NCBI GenBank assembly: GCA_008668455.1
Contig: RQCD01000091.1
Coordinates: 1 to 29,282, forward strand
Direction of reading: 5' to 3'
DNA from: Clostridia bacterium
Lineage (GTDB): Bacteria; Bacillota; Clostridia; UBA1381
DNA: 29,282 bases
The position numbers and the translations under genes are program-made. The notes under the pieces are model-generated. The model did not search any database. It was not told the origin of the DNA and was given only the letters and a program-made list of their open reading frames with translations. Shown one piece after another: positions 8,995 to 17,657 of this stretch. Within the stretch, counting starts at the first letter, position 1; each line of letters starts with the position of its first letter.

Positions 8995-9015
8995 CAATCC
9001 CAGGTGTGCTATGAT
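8987..9015 (+). promoter_or_regulatory. Sigma-A promoter of bioY
   Basis: TTGACA (8987-8992), 17 bp spacer, TATGAT (9010-9015), with a TG extension. Confidence 0.8.
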
Positions 9016-9038
9016 AGAATAGAAATGAGGGATGGACT

Positions 9039-9551
9039 GTGAAAACAAAAGAAATCATTCGGGTCGGACTGTTTGCTGCTGTGATGGCAGCGCTTTCGGT
9101 GATTACGGTTCCAATCGGAACAATCCCGATCACATTAGGCGTTTTCGCTGTCTTTTTGACGGCGCTGATTCTTCCGAAAAAACAGGCTGTTTATGCAGTT
9201 CTGATCTATATTTTGCTTGGGGCAGTCGGTATTCCGGTTTTTTCGGGGATGCGGGGCGGTGTTTCCGTTTTACTGGGAGCAACCGGCGGATATATCTGGT
9301 CCTATCCGATTATGGCATGGATCATCGGAACAGCAGCGGAGAATAAAACCGTACCGCGCAGAATCCTTGTCTGCATGCTGGCGGTCTGTGTTTGCTATCT
9401 GCTTGGTACGGTTCAGTATCATTTTATTTCGGAGCGTCCGTTTTTGGAGCTTCTGATGGTTTGTGCAGTTCCGTTTATTCCGTTTGACCTGTTAAAAGCG
9501 GTTGCAGCGGTATTTTTAAGCCGCGAAATCCAAAAGCGGTTAAATCGTTAG
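9039..9551 (+). CDS. bioY: Biotin transporter BioY (ECF S component)
   Basis: IPITL, YILLGAVGIPVFSG..GG...LLGATGGY and PFIPFDLLK. GTG start with a GAGGG RBS. BirA site upstream. Confidence 0.95.
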   Translation: MKTKEIIRVGLFAAVMAALSVITVPIGTIPITLGVFAVFLTALILPKKQAVYAVLIYILLGAVGIPVFSGMRGGVSVLLGATGGYIWSYPIMAWIIGTAAENKTVPRRILVCMLAVCVCYLLGTVQYHFISERPFLELLMVCAVPFIPFDLLKAVAAVFLSREIQKRLNR

Positions 9552-10883
9552 AATGCCGTTTTCCGATTCTAACAGCATGAGGATTTTTTCCTCTCTGCCA
9601 TTTACGGCATTGATATACATAAGATAATTTTTGCCGGAAAAGCTGCCATGACATTCGTAACACAAAACCTCGCGCTTACTGTCCTTTGGAATCAGGGTGA
9701 GCCTTAGAGAATCAATTTGCAAATGACTATTTATTTTCCCCCGCGCGTCCTCTGCTGTCAATTTTGCGGCAGGGAGGGCGCGTTTTTGATGTGCCATCAA
9801 ATATCCCTTTGTTTCCAGACCGACGATTTCTCCGTTATCCAATGCAACCTTTACCTTGATCAGATCGGAATAGCACAGTGTTCCGTCCTGTTCATAAGCA
9901 AAGTTTACGCATGCCACACCGCCGGAGCAGTCGTAATAGCTGTGCTTCATAGAGGAAAAGCCAAGCTTCTCCAGATATGCGCCTGCCTTTGCAATGGCAT
10001 CTTCTACCGAGATCGTTTCCTCTCCGACTTCACGGTTCATAAGATAATACAAGGGATAGCCGCCTGCTTTCGAGAGGGAAAGGCACATTTCACGCCCGTT
10101 TTCAGAGGCGCAGAAGCTGTAGGTATCTAAAACAGTGTTCTGACTTTCTCCTGAGAAGGTCACATTTTCTGTTCCTAAAAATTGCTTTGCCTTTTGCAGG
10201 GCATCTGCCTGCGAGATGATTTTCTTTCCCTCTAAGAATACCGGATTTAATGTTTCAATATGCTCAGAAAACGGACCGTCATAAATCAGAGACGGATACT
10301 CCTGAAATTCCTTTTCCACATCCTGAAAGCCGGAGAGCATGTCGCCGCCGGCTGCCTGGGCAACCGAAAGCTCGCTCTGTTTTTGCATCGCGTCAAAGTG
10401 TAGATTTCCGGCATAAACCTCCTCCTCTAACTTCATTAGCTGTGCGCTTAAATTGGAGGAGTATTCACCAAGCGAAGAAAGATTTTGATAGTCCTCCTCT
10501 GTGATCACCTCGTTGTTGATGGTGTTTTGACTCAAAAGATAGGTATAATCTCCGATCTGAGAAAGAAACTTTTCGGTATTTTCCATCTGTACTTCCGAGA
10601 TCGGGAGTTGACCCAGGCATGCCTTTGCCGCAGAGGTCTGCCGGAAAAGCTCACTGGAGATGGTCGCCATCTGAGACGGAGAGGAAACCAGCATGCCCTT
10701 GTGCAGCAGAACGTCGATATCGTCCACATAGTTGACTAATTCGTGGAATGCGCGGTTATACTGATTTTCTACTGTCTGCTTCAGTTTTTGTGAAACCTTG
10801 TACTGATAAAATCCGAAGATCACAGCCATGACGAAAAGTGACGTCATGAGCGCATAAATTTTTCTGTGTGTTTTTTGTTCCAT
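9540..10883 (-). CDS. ypeB: Spore germination protein YpeB
   Basis: N-terminal TM anchor, ENQYNRAF.EL, TEKFLSQIGDY, YPSLIYDGPFSEH, DLIKVKVALDNG and YINAVNGREEKI. Follows sleB. Confidence 0.95.
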   Translation of the reverse strand: MEQKTHRKIYALMTSLFVMAVIFGFYQYKVSQKLKQTVENQYNRAFHELVNYVDDIDVLLHKGMLVSSPSQMATISSELFRQTSAAKACLGQLPISEVQMENTEKFLSQIGDYTYLLSQNTINNEVITEEDYQNLSSLGEYSSNLSAQLMKLEEEVYAGNLHFDAMQKQSELSVAQAAGGDMLSGFQDVEKEFQEYPSLIYDGPFSEHIETLNPVFLEGKKIISQADALQKAKQFLGTENVTFSGESQNTVLDTYSFCASENGREMCLSLSKAGGYPLYYLMNREVGEETISVEDAIAKAGAYLEKLGFSSMKHSYYDCSGGVACVNFAYEQDGTLCYSDLIKVKVALDNGEIVGLETKGYLMAHQKRALPAAKLTAEDARGKINSHLQIDSLRLTLIPKDSKREVLCYECHGSFSGKNYLMYINAVNGREEKILMLLESENGILTI

Positions 10884-10893
10884 ATTCTACTCC

Positions 10894-11361
10894 TTAACTG
10901 CAAAATCGGTGCTTCCCGATTACTTTAATTAACGGTCTTGACCAAATCCACGCACTGGTGGCGGTATCAGGATTAAAATAGTAGAGTGCGCCTCCGGTCG
11001 GATCCCAGCCGTTCATCGCGTCCTGACATGCCTTATAAACGGTTGAATCGGAAGCAATCGGCACATTGATCTGCCCGTCTGATACCGCCGTAAATGCGCC
11101 CGGCTGATAGATCACGCCGGAGATCGAATTGGGAAAGGACGGACTCTTGACGCGGTTTAGGATCACCGCCGCAACGGCAACCTGTCCTTCGTATGGCTCT
11201 CCGCGCGCTTCTCCGTTGACTGCACGCGCCATCAGCTGAATGTCGCCGGAGGAATGCTGTGTATCTGCAAAAGCGCCCAGCGTATAGGAAAGGGTCAGTC
11301 CTGCTAAAACCAGGCATAGGGAGCTAAAAAGCTGTGCGGTAATTCGTAAATGTTTTTTCAT
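10894..11361 (-). CDS. sleB: Spore cortex-lytic enzyme SleB (Hydrolase_2), short form without a PG-binding domain
   Basis: LMARAVNGEARGEPYEGQVAVAAVILNRV...FPNSI.GVIYQPGAF...GWDPTGGALYYFNP...WIWSR...IGKHRF. Directly upstream of ypeB. Confidence 0.9.
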   Translation of the reverse strand: MKKHLRITAQLFSSLCLVLAGLTLSYTLGAFADTQHSSGDIQLMARAVNGEARGEPYEGQVAVAAVILNRVKSPSFPNSISGVIYQPGAFTAVSDGQINVPIASDSTVYKACQDAMNGWDPTGGALYYFNPDTATSAWIWSRPLIKVIGKHRFCS

Positions 11362-11410
11362 GATTTCACCTCTTTTTTATTTCTATTTTTTCCGGCATGG
11401 AATTTTTTAT

Positions 11411-11440
11411 GTATGAAATTTAATATTTCCGGTGATAATC
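11411..11440 (+). promoter_or_regulatory. Sigma-F-type promoter of spoIIR
   Basis: GTATG-N15-GGTGATAATC matches GYATA-N15-GGnnAnAHTR. spoIIR is a known sigma-F target. Confidence 0.65.
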
Positions 11441-11464
11441 AAAGCACAGAGAGGAGAAATCAAG

Positions 11465-12064
11465 ATGTGGAAAAAAATATTGGCATGCATTCTGGCGCTT
11501 GCCGCAGGAATCGTCCTGCATGCAGACAGGCTGTCCTGTGAGCTGTCAGACGGTCTTTTGCGGCTGCATATTGTAGCAAACAGTGATTCGGAATATGATC
11601 AGAAAATTAAATTAGCAGTTCGGGACCGGATTTTGGAACAGGCAGGAGCAGAATTTTATCAGGCAGGTGATCGGAAAGCCTATCGGGGGGTTTTATTGTC
11701 CGAAAAAAAACAGTTAGAGCAGATTGCAAATGAGGTTTTAAAAGAATATCACTGCGGTTATACTGCGTCTGCAAGCTTTGATTCGGTTTATTTTCCGCAA
11801 AAAAGCTATGACGGAATCGTGCTGCCGGAGGGGAAATATGAGGGGTTGATTGTGCGGCTGGGAGCAGCAGAGGGGCAGAACTGGTGGTGTGTGGTTTATC
11901 CACCGCTGTGCTTTACAGAGGAGGTGACCGGAGAAATGAGTGAGGAGGGAAAAAAACAGCTCCGGGAAAACCTCTCTGCCGAGAGCTTTCGCTTAATCAG
12001 CGGAGAGGTTTGGTATAAGCTAAAAATTGTGGAGCTGGTGCAAAAAATTGAAAAGCGTTTATAG
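11465..12064 (+). CDS. spoIIR: Stage II sporulation protein R
   Basis: LRLHIVANSDS..DQ.IKL.VRD, FP.K.Y....LP.G.Y, G.NWWCVVYPPLCF. Start at ATG 11465 with a GAGGAG RBS. Confidence 0.95.
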   Translation: MWKKILACILALAAGIVLHADRLSCELSDGLLRLHIVANSDSEYDQKIKLAVRDRILEQAGAEFYQAGDRKAYRGVLLSEKKQLEQIANEVLKEYHCGYTASASFDSVYFPQKSYDGIVLPEGKYEGLIVRLGAAEGQNWWCVVYPPLCFTEEVTGEMSEEGKKQLRENLSAESFRLISGEVWYKLKIVELVQKIEKRL

Positions 12065-12886
12065 ACGTGAAAATACACGCATAGCGGACAAAACGTCCTG
12101 TTTCATCGCATTTTCCGCATCCTTAACAGCGTCATGGAGCTGTGCGTAGGCTTTGTTTGAAACTGCTTCGCCGCCGGCTTTTGCCATATAGGTATAGTAA
12201 TTAATTTTCCGGATTCCGAGCGAAATGACTCTTTGATAATCCTCATGGCTGACACCGCTGCCGCCGTGCATTACAAGCGGTATTTTCACCAATTTGTGAA
12301 TCTGCTCCAGCCGCTCAAAATCCAGCCTGGGTTCTTTTAAGTAAATTCCGTGCGCTGTGCCGAATGCGCAGGCGAGCGCGTCAATGCCGGTTTCCTCGGA
12401 GAATTTCTTTGCCGAATCGGGGGCGGTGTAGATGCTTTCTCCGCCGGGTTCTCCGGATTCTCTTGCGCCCATAGAGCCGATTTCAGCCTCTACGCTTGCG
12501 CCGGTCTGCGCGGCAAGAGATACGGCAATCTGTGTATTGGCATAGTTGAGATTATCCGGGAGAGCAGAGCCGTCGTACATGACGGAGGTAAAGCCGAGAT
12601 CTAAGCCCTTTTTCAGATAATCAAGGTCTGTTCCGTGGTCTAAATGCACGCAAACCGGAACGCTTGCCCGGTCTGCCATAAAGAGCATTAACGGAGCGAT
12701 CTCCTCCATTTTGCAAAGTCCCATTTCCTCGTGCAACTGGGCATGCATTAAAATCACCGGCTGATTTAATTCCTCTGCCGCGCCTAAAACGGCATGAATG
12801 CTTTCAAAATTTGGGGTGTTGAATGAGCCGACGGCACATTTTTTTGCCTCGGCAAGCTTTAATATTTCCTTTAATGTAACTAACAT
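12059..12886 (-). CDS. Class II fructose/tagatose-bisphosphate aldolase family
   Basis: VHLDHG, GFTSVMYDGS, SVEAEIG, FGTAHGIY, PLVMHGGSG and GIRKINY. Confidence 0.93.
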   Translation of the reverse strand: MLVTLKEILKLAEAKKCAVGSFNTPNFESIHAVLGAAEELNQPVILMHAQLHEEMGLCKMEEIAPLMLFMADRASVPVCVHLDHGTDLDYLKKGLDLGFTSVMYDGSALPDNLNYANTQIAVSLAAQTGASVEAEIGSMGARESGEPGGESIYTAPDSAKKFSEETGIDALACAFGTAHGIYLKEPRLDFERLEQIHKLVKIPLVMHGGSGVSHEDYQRVISLGIRKINYYTYMAKAGGEAVSNKAYAQLHDAVKDAENAMKQDVLSAMRVFSRL

Positions 12887-13854
12887 AGCGGTTTCCTTTC
12901 TAAAAATTCAAAGGTTAAATGGTGTATCTTTTCTGCGCCGGGGGACAGCGTCTCCAGAATCCCTTTTTCGCGCATCACATCTCTGCCGTCCGGCAGACAA
13001 TTGCCGGGTTCAATTCCTAACACATACTCATGCTCACCCATCATCTTCCACTCTGTGAAATACGGCAGCTCGGATGGGTCAAAGGATAGGAGAAGCTCTT
13101 TTTGGATGTCCGGATTGTAAACCGAAATCAAGCCTTTGGAAAGCGTGTGATAATAGCACATTTCCTCATATCCGCGCTGCGGCTTTTCCATAGTCAGGCA
13201 GTCGGCAAGACCGGTTTTAGCATGCTCATTCCGCGGCGCTGTCTTTTCTGCCGGAATCGAAAGAACGGTATGCTCCGAAAGCAGAGGATAACCGATATTG
13301 CAGTGGTAAAGAACCTCTAAGGGCGCATCCTGTGAGCCGATGTTTTTGATTTTGTCGCAGAGGGTCAGCTTGTTTTCCTGCTTGGAACAGCGGTATTCGC
13401 GTTCTAATAACAGCTGATGAGAAAACAAAGACGCGTCGCGCACACAGGCGCGGAGGATGATTTCCTCCTCCGTTTCGGAATAGCTGTATTGCTCGCAGGG
13501 GGTGTTTGAAATTGTGCCATGGAGCGGCAGCTCCTCTCCGTTGTCGATGCAGGGAGAGCCAACCGCCGTCAGACCGCAGGTGGTCAGAAAGCCGGCCGTG
13601 AAGGATTTTAAAAATCCGTTTCCGCGTCCGTCGTAAAATTGCGGTGCAACATAGCCGCAGGGGGAGAAGTAACCGAAATTATCTCCCTTAAATGTGACTC
13701 TGGAAAGATCCATTGCCCGGTCGGCAGACAGGGTAAAGGCAAGTCCTTTTCCGTTTTGAACCTCTAAGAGCGTCATGCCCTTTCCCTTTCCTTTTGCTAA
13801 AATAACCTCCTCCACACCGCTTAATTGGGAGGGGTGTCCAAGATACTTATTCAT
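12880..13854 (-). CDS. Aldose 1-epimerase family protein (DUF4432)
   Basis: DRAMDL, FLKSFTAGFLTTCGL, LPLHGTISN, LYHCNIGYPL and YVLGIEPGN. Confidence 0.88.
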   Translation of the reverse strand: MNKYLGHPSQLSGVEEVILAKGKGKGMTLLEVQNGKGLAFTLSADRAMDLSRVTFKGDNFGYFSPCGYVAPQFYDGRGNGFLKSFTAGFLTTCGLTAVGSPCIDNGEELPLHGTISNTPCEQYSYSETEEEIILRACVRDASLFSHQLLLEREYRCSKQENKLTLCDKIKNIGSQDAPLEVLYHCNIGYPLLSEHTVLSIPAEKTAPRNEHAKTGLADCLTMEKPQRGYEEMCYYHTLSKGLISVYNPDIQKELLLSFDPSELPYFTEWKMMGEHEYVLGIEPGNCLPDGRDVMREKGILETLSPGAEKIHHLTFEFLERKPLC

Positions 13855-14116
13855 CCTCTAAAACCTCCTTGATTGCCGGGTAGATTTTCCGGTATTTTTG
13901 AAATTGCTCCAGATAATATGCATGACGTTTCGGATCTGGAGCAAAGCTTTTGCGCGGTTTTGCAAGCAGGGTGCTTGCATCATAAATTCCAAGTGCGCGC
14001 CCTGCCATCCATGCCGTTCCTGCACCGCCGATTTCCTCGCAGTCTAATGCCGTAACCGGCAAGCCTAAAACGTCCGCTTTGATCTGAAGCCAGATATCAA
14101 GTCCTGCAAAGTACAT
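13847..14116 (-). pseudogene. FGGY carbohydrate kinase with a large in-frame internal deletion
   Basis: The N-terminal MYFAGLDI (start of the GLDxGT motif) is joined directly to the C-terminal DIWLQIKADVLGLPV...GTAWMAG...Y..Y..IY. It is 89 aa, against about 500 aa for the family. Confidence 0.88.
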
Positions 14117-14121
14117 CGTTA

Positions 14122-15357
14122 TCACTCCTGTTCTTCTTCTAATAAATTTACTTCAGAAAGCTTTCCGTCAAAATATTTGAGCGTTTTAATTTCATAAGCG
14201 CAAAGCTTAATCGGAAATTGTGTTCCAAAGACGGACAGGACAGCGGTTTCTGCCATGCTGCCTGCAATCCGGAAAATGATTCCGTCTCCGTCCTCAGCAT
14301 ATTTCACAGCATGCAAAACAGCATGCTCTGCCTGGAGCGAAAGAAAGCTTTGCTGCGGCGGAAGTGTTCCGCCATGGTTGGATTCGCAGACCACCACCGG
14401 AGGATTCATAAAGGAAGCAGCCTCAGCTGCCGGAGTGTTTGATTCCAGCATCAGCCGGATTTTTCCCTCAGTAATTCCCTGTTCCATGATTTGACTGTAT
14501 TTTGCCGGCAGCTCTCCGATACGGAAATCTCCATAGACCGGACTGCGTAAAACGGTGATTCCAAGCGTCTGTTCACGGAAATTGTATGCAAAATTACTCC
14601 CGGAGAGAAACAGCAGATTCCCGGCTTTGATCCATTCGCCCATAGGCTTGTCCAATAAGGATTTTTCGCGCTGCATCTGCCCATATGGTGTTGCAGCTAA
14701 GACAGACGGAGCGTCTGTTTCGCAGTCCAGCTTGAACACCGTATGCGCCTCATTCCAATTGACCGTATAGGAAAGATCAAAATAATTCTCCTGCTTATAA
14801 AACCGGTATTGCAGCATTAAGAGAGAGTCGCGGTATTTTAAGGTCAGCCGAAGCTGATCCGTCAGCGCGCCGCTCTCGCAAAGCTCTGCTTTCATCAGCT
14901 GAAATTCGCCAAGCTTTTCTCCGTAATGCTCAATATTAAAGCACCAGGTGTCTCCTTCGTCCTCATAGCAGACCGGGGCGAACAGGTTTTTTGCGGTTAT
15001 GCAGTTCTTTTCCTTGTCAAAGACCTCTGCGATGCAGCCGTTTTTCTTTGAAACTGTATATCGGAAACGGTCTGTTTCGATCACCTCCGGCGCATCCGGG
15101 GAGCAGCTTTCCGGTTCTTTGCGATTTTGGATTAGCTTCAAAGCGCGATACCCCATTGGCGGCACGGAGACCCTGAAGATGAACCGGGAACGAAAACGCG
15201 GAATTGCAGCATGCTCGGCAATGATTTGTGTTTCGATTTGGTTGCCGTCCGCGTCCTCTAAGGTGATTCCCTGGTCGTACCAGTCAAATTCATGCGCCCA
15301 TTGCACCTCTGCCTCCACATAGCCGTCATAGGCATCTCCGTTCAGATTCCAAAGAAT
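14122..15357 (-). pseudogene. GH38 alpha-mannosidase-like gene, C-terminal part only (5' truncated)
   Basis: ILWNLN, FRVSVPPMGYRAL, DEGDTW, VNWNEAHTVFKL, ITVLRSP, AVKYAEDGDGIIFR and YEIKTLK are middle and C-terminal GH38 features. The catalytic N-domain is absent. The frame stays open past the GTG at 15318 to a stop at 15360-15358, with no RBS. Confidence 0.8.
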
Positions 15358-15500
15358 TTAAGAATACCGGCGAGGCGGCAACGGCATGGAATCTGATTCT
15401 TGCCGCAACAGGACTTGCCTTAGTGCCGGTTATCACGGTTTATATCATTGGAAATAAATATGTCACAGAGGGATTAATTGCAGGAGCGGTAAAGGGATAA
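15354..15500 (+). pseudogene. 3' stub of a carbohydrate ABC transporter permease (MalG type)
   Basis: Translates as EFKNTGEAATAWNLILAATGLALVPVITVYIIGNKYVTEGLIAGAVKG*, the classic MalG-type C-terminus. No start codon. Not in the ORF track. Confidence 0.88.
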
Positions 15501-15520
15501 TAAAGGATAATGGTGATAAT

Positions 15521-17656
15521 ATGAAAAAAAGAATTGGACTCTTGCTGTTTGCAGCATGCCTTTTAGGCGGTGCGGCATCAGCGGAATATGTAGATTTCTG
15601 CGCACAGGAGGACGGCAGTCTTTCGAATGCAAAAGAGGTTTTAGCAGATGGAATCAGCTACAACGCCGGCACAGGCGCACTGGAGACATCATTTAACCGT
15701 GTGATGGAGAGTTTGATCGAGATTACGCCGGAGGAGAGTGTGAGTCTGCCTTATTGCAAGGTTTTGCAGAAATATGAGAACGTAACCCCCAGAAAAAAAG
15801 GCGACAGCCTGGACTATACAATTGTTTTTCTAAGCGGTGCAAAGGAAAACTGGGCAGAAAGCCGGCAGGTTAAAAATGCCGGAGCATGGCAGGAGGATAT
15901 TTACTCTCTCTCGGAGGTGTTAGGGGAAGCTTCCGCAGACAAGCTTGATTTGTACACGGCTTACCAGTACGAAAGTGAGAAAATGGGAGAAATTTCGGCA
16001 AAGCATTCGCTCCGGTATCTGGCATTTTTTGAGACGGAGGAGGACGCAGAGAAATATGACGATTCCGTTTTAACAGCGGCAATCGGAAAGAGCAGCGGCA
16101 CAATCGACCGTGTGGCGCATACCATTTCAATTAACACAGAAATTATGCCGGGAGAAAAACCGTCCGCACCGATTCTGACTTTTTCTCCGGGTGCAGGCGC
16201 AGAGCTTGATCCGGATGCAGATTACAGTCAGCCGGTGGAGCTGGTTGTGACGAATGTTTTGGGAGAGGAAATCCCATATACTATTCTGGTGAAAACGACC
16301 GTCAAGGAGTTTACTCCGGAGCAAATCAGTACATTTTTAAATGGGTTAAATACTGCAAAAGAAGAAACGCTTGAAGAATTTTTAACGGAACAAAAGGATT
16401 TTCTCTATTTCGTATGCCCGGAGGCAGAGGTACTGACAGAGAAGGAAAAGCCATTCTTTTATAAAGAGATTTTGGTACATACCGGAAGCTATACAGAACA
16501 AAACTATTCCGGACTGATGAAAAGAAGCGTAAAATTTGCAAAAATCAAAGCGAATGTCACCGATCCGGAAAGCTTGCAGAAGCTGTTCCGCGAGGGAGGA
16601 TATGAGCTTGCGCAGAATTCTTTATATAAACGCTATCAGAAGCTTTCTAAGGAAATTCAGGAGCAGATCTTAGAGACAGCGTTAAAGGAAGAAGCCTATA
16701 GCGGATTTGAAGCGTCCTTCCTGAGGGAAACATTTTTAACGGAATTAGACCGGATCAAGGAATGGCAGGATGCACAAAAGCTTGCGGAGGACAGTCTCTC
16801 CTATCTCGGCTTTGCCGACGGAGAGTACGAAACATATCTGAAATCAGTGGAAAATATCGCGATGGTATATTATAATTTCCTTTCTCAAGCCCAAAAAGAA
16901 AGAGAAAATTTCAAAGCGATTCTGATTCAGAATTTTGAGGAGGAAAAGCGTGCGGAGGATCAGAAAAAGGAAAATACCAGCGGATCTTCCGGCTCGTCAT
17001 CTTCCTCCTCCTCGTCCTCCTCATCATCATCCGGCAAGGTCACCTCAAAGGGCGGCGCAGCTGTGATCGGAGTACCGGTTCAGAAACCGGAAACAAAGCC
17101 GGAGGATAAGACGGAGGAGAAAGAATTCCCGTTTACCGACTGTGAAGCATATGCCTGGGCAAAGGAAAGCATCCAAAAGCTGTACGATCAGAAGATTATC
17201 TCCGGAAAAACGGAGGATCAGTTTGACCCGGCAGCCAATGTGACCCGTGCAGAATTTGCGGCAATGCTCGTAAAGGCAGCAGGAAAGACAAGCGATGCGT
17301 ATACTAAGGAATTTTCGTATGTGACCAGGGATCAGTGGTTTTATGATTCAGTTATGGCGGCAGCAGAGGCGGGCTTTGTGTCCGGTATGGACGAAACGCA
17401 TTTTGCGCAGGACGAGCTGATCACAAGAGAGCAGCTTGCTGTGATGATTTATCGTGCGGCAGGGGAAAAGCTTACAGCAGAAAAAGAGATTGAAGCGTCC
17501 GATTTTGCCGAGGTTTCCGAGTACGCAAAGGAAGCTGTGGACGCACTCTTAAAATCCGGATTGATTTCCGGCTATGAGGACGCAAGCTTCCGCCCGAAAA
17601 ACTATGCAACCAGGGCAGAGGCGGCAGTATTAATCAGTAAGATTATGGAGGGATAA
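15521..17656 (+). CDS. Secreted SLH-anchored protein A: unnamed module + DUF5018-like Ig domain + helical region + Ser linker + 3 SLH
   Basis: Signal peptide (AASA-E). GTID...HTI...DYSQPV..VV. Poly-Ser at about 16980-17030. SLH motifs FTD...WAKESI, FDPAANVTRAEFA, ITREQLA and FRPKNYATRAEAA. Confidence 0.88.
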   Translation: MKKRIGLLLFAACLLGGAASAEYVDFCAQEDGSLSNAKEVLADGISYNAGTGALETSFNRVMESLIEITPEESVSLPYCKVLQKYENVTPRKKGDSLDYTIVFLSGAKENWAESRQVKNAGAWQEDIYSLSEVLGEASADKLDLYTAYQYESEKMGEISAKHSLRYLAFFETEEDAEKYDDSVLTAAIGKSSGTIDRVAHTISINTEIMPGEKPSAPILTFSPGAGAELDPDADYSQPVELVVTNVLGEEIPYTILVKTTVKEFTPEQISTFLNGLNTAKEETLEEFLTEQKDFLYFVCPEAEVLTEKEKPFFYKEILVHTGSYTEQNYSGLMKRSVKFAKIKANVTDPESLQKLFREGGYELAQNSLYKRYQKLSKEIQEQILETALKEEAYSGFEASFLRETFLTELDRIKEWQDAQKLAEDSLSYLGFADGEYETYLKSVENIAMVYYNFLSQAQKERENFKAILIQNFEEEKRAEDQKKENTSGSSGSSSSSSSSSSSSSGKVTSKGGAAVIGVPVQKPETKPEDKTEEKEFPFTDCEAYAWAKESIQKLYDQKIISGKTEDQFDPAANVTRAEFAAMLVKAAGKTSDAYTKEFSYVTRDQWFYDSVMAAAEAGFVSGMDETHFAQDELITREQLAVMIYRAAGEKLTAEKEIEASDFAEVSEYAKEAVDALLKSGLISGYEDASFRPKNYATRAEAAVLISKIMEG

Positions 17657-17657
17657 C

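Noticed and set aside
10894..11361. SleB lacking the N-terminal peptidoglycan-binding domain as another deletion
   Set aside because: The signal peptide, catalytic Glu and ypeB linkage are intact and no breakpoint is visible. Short catalytic-only forms are plausible natural variants.
9540..12064. Convergent stop-codon overlaps (bioY/ypeB 12 bp; spoIIR/aldolase 6 bp) as antisense regulation
   Set aside because: Such overlaps are common in compact genomes, and there is no further evidence.
15400..15520. New promoter inside the permease stub driving genes A-D
   Set aside because: TTGCCT and TTGCAG hexamers are present, but neither has a convincing -10 at 16-18 bp.
16978..17032. TCC/TCA-rich low-complexity tract as a contingency repeat
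   Set aside because: Mixed Ser codons encode an ordinary flexible linker before the SLH domains.
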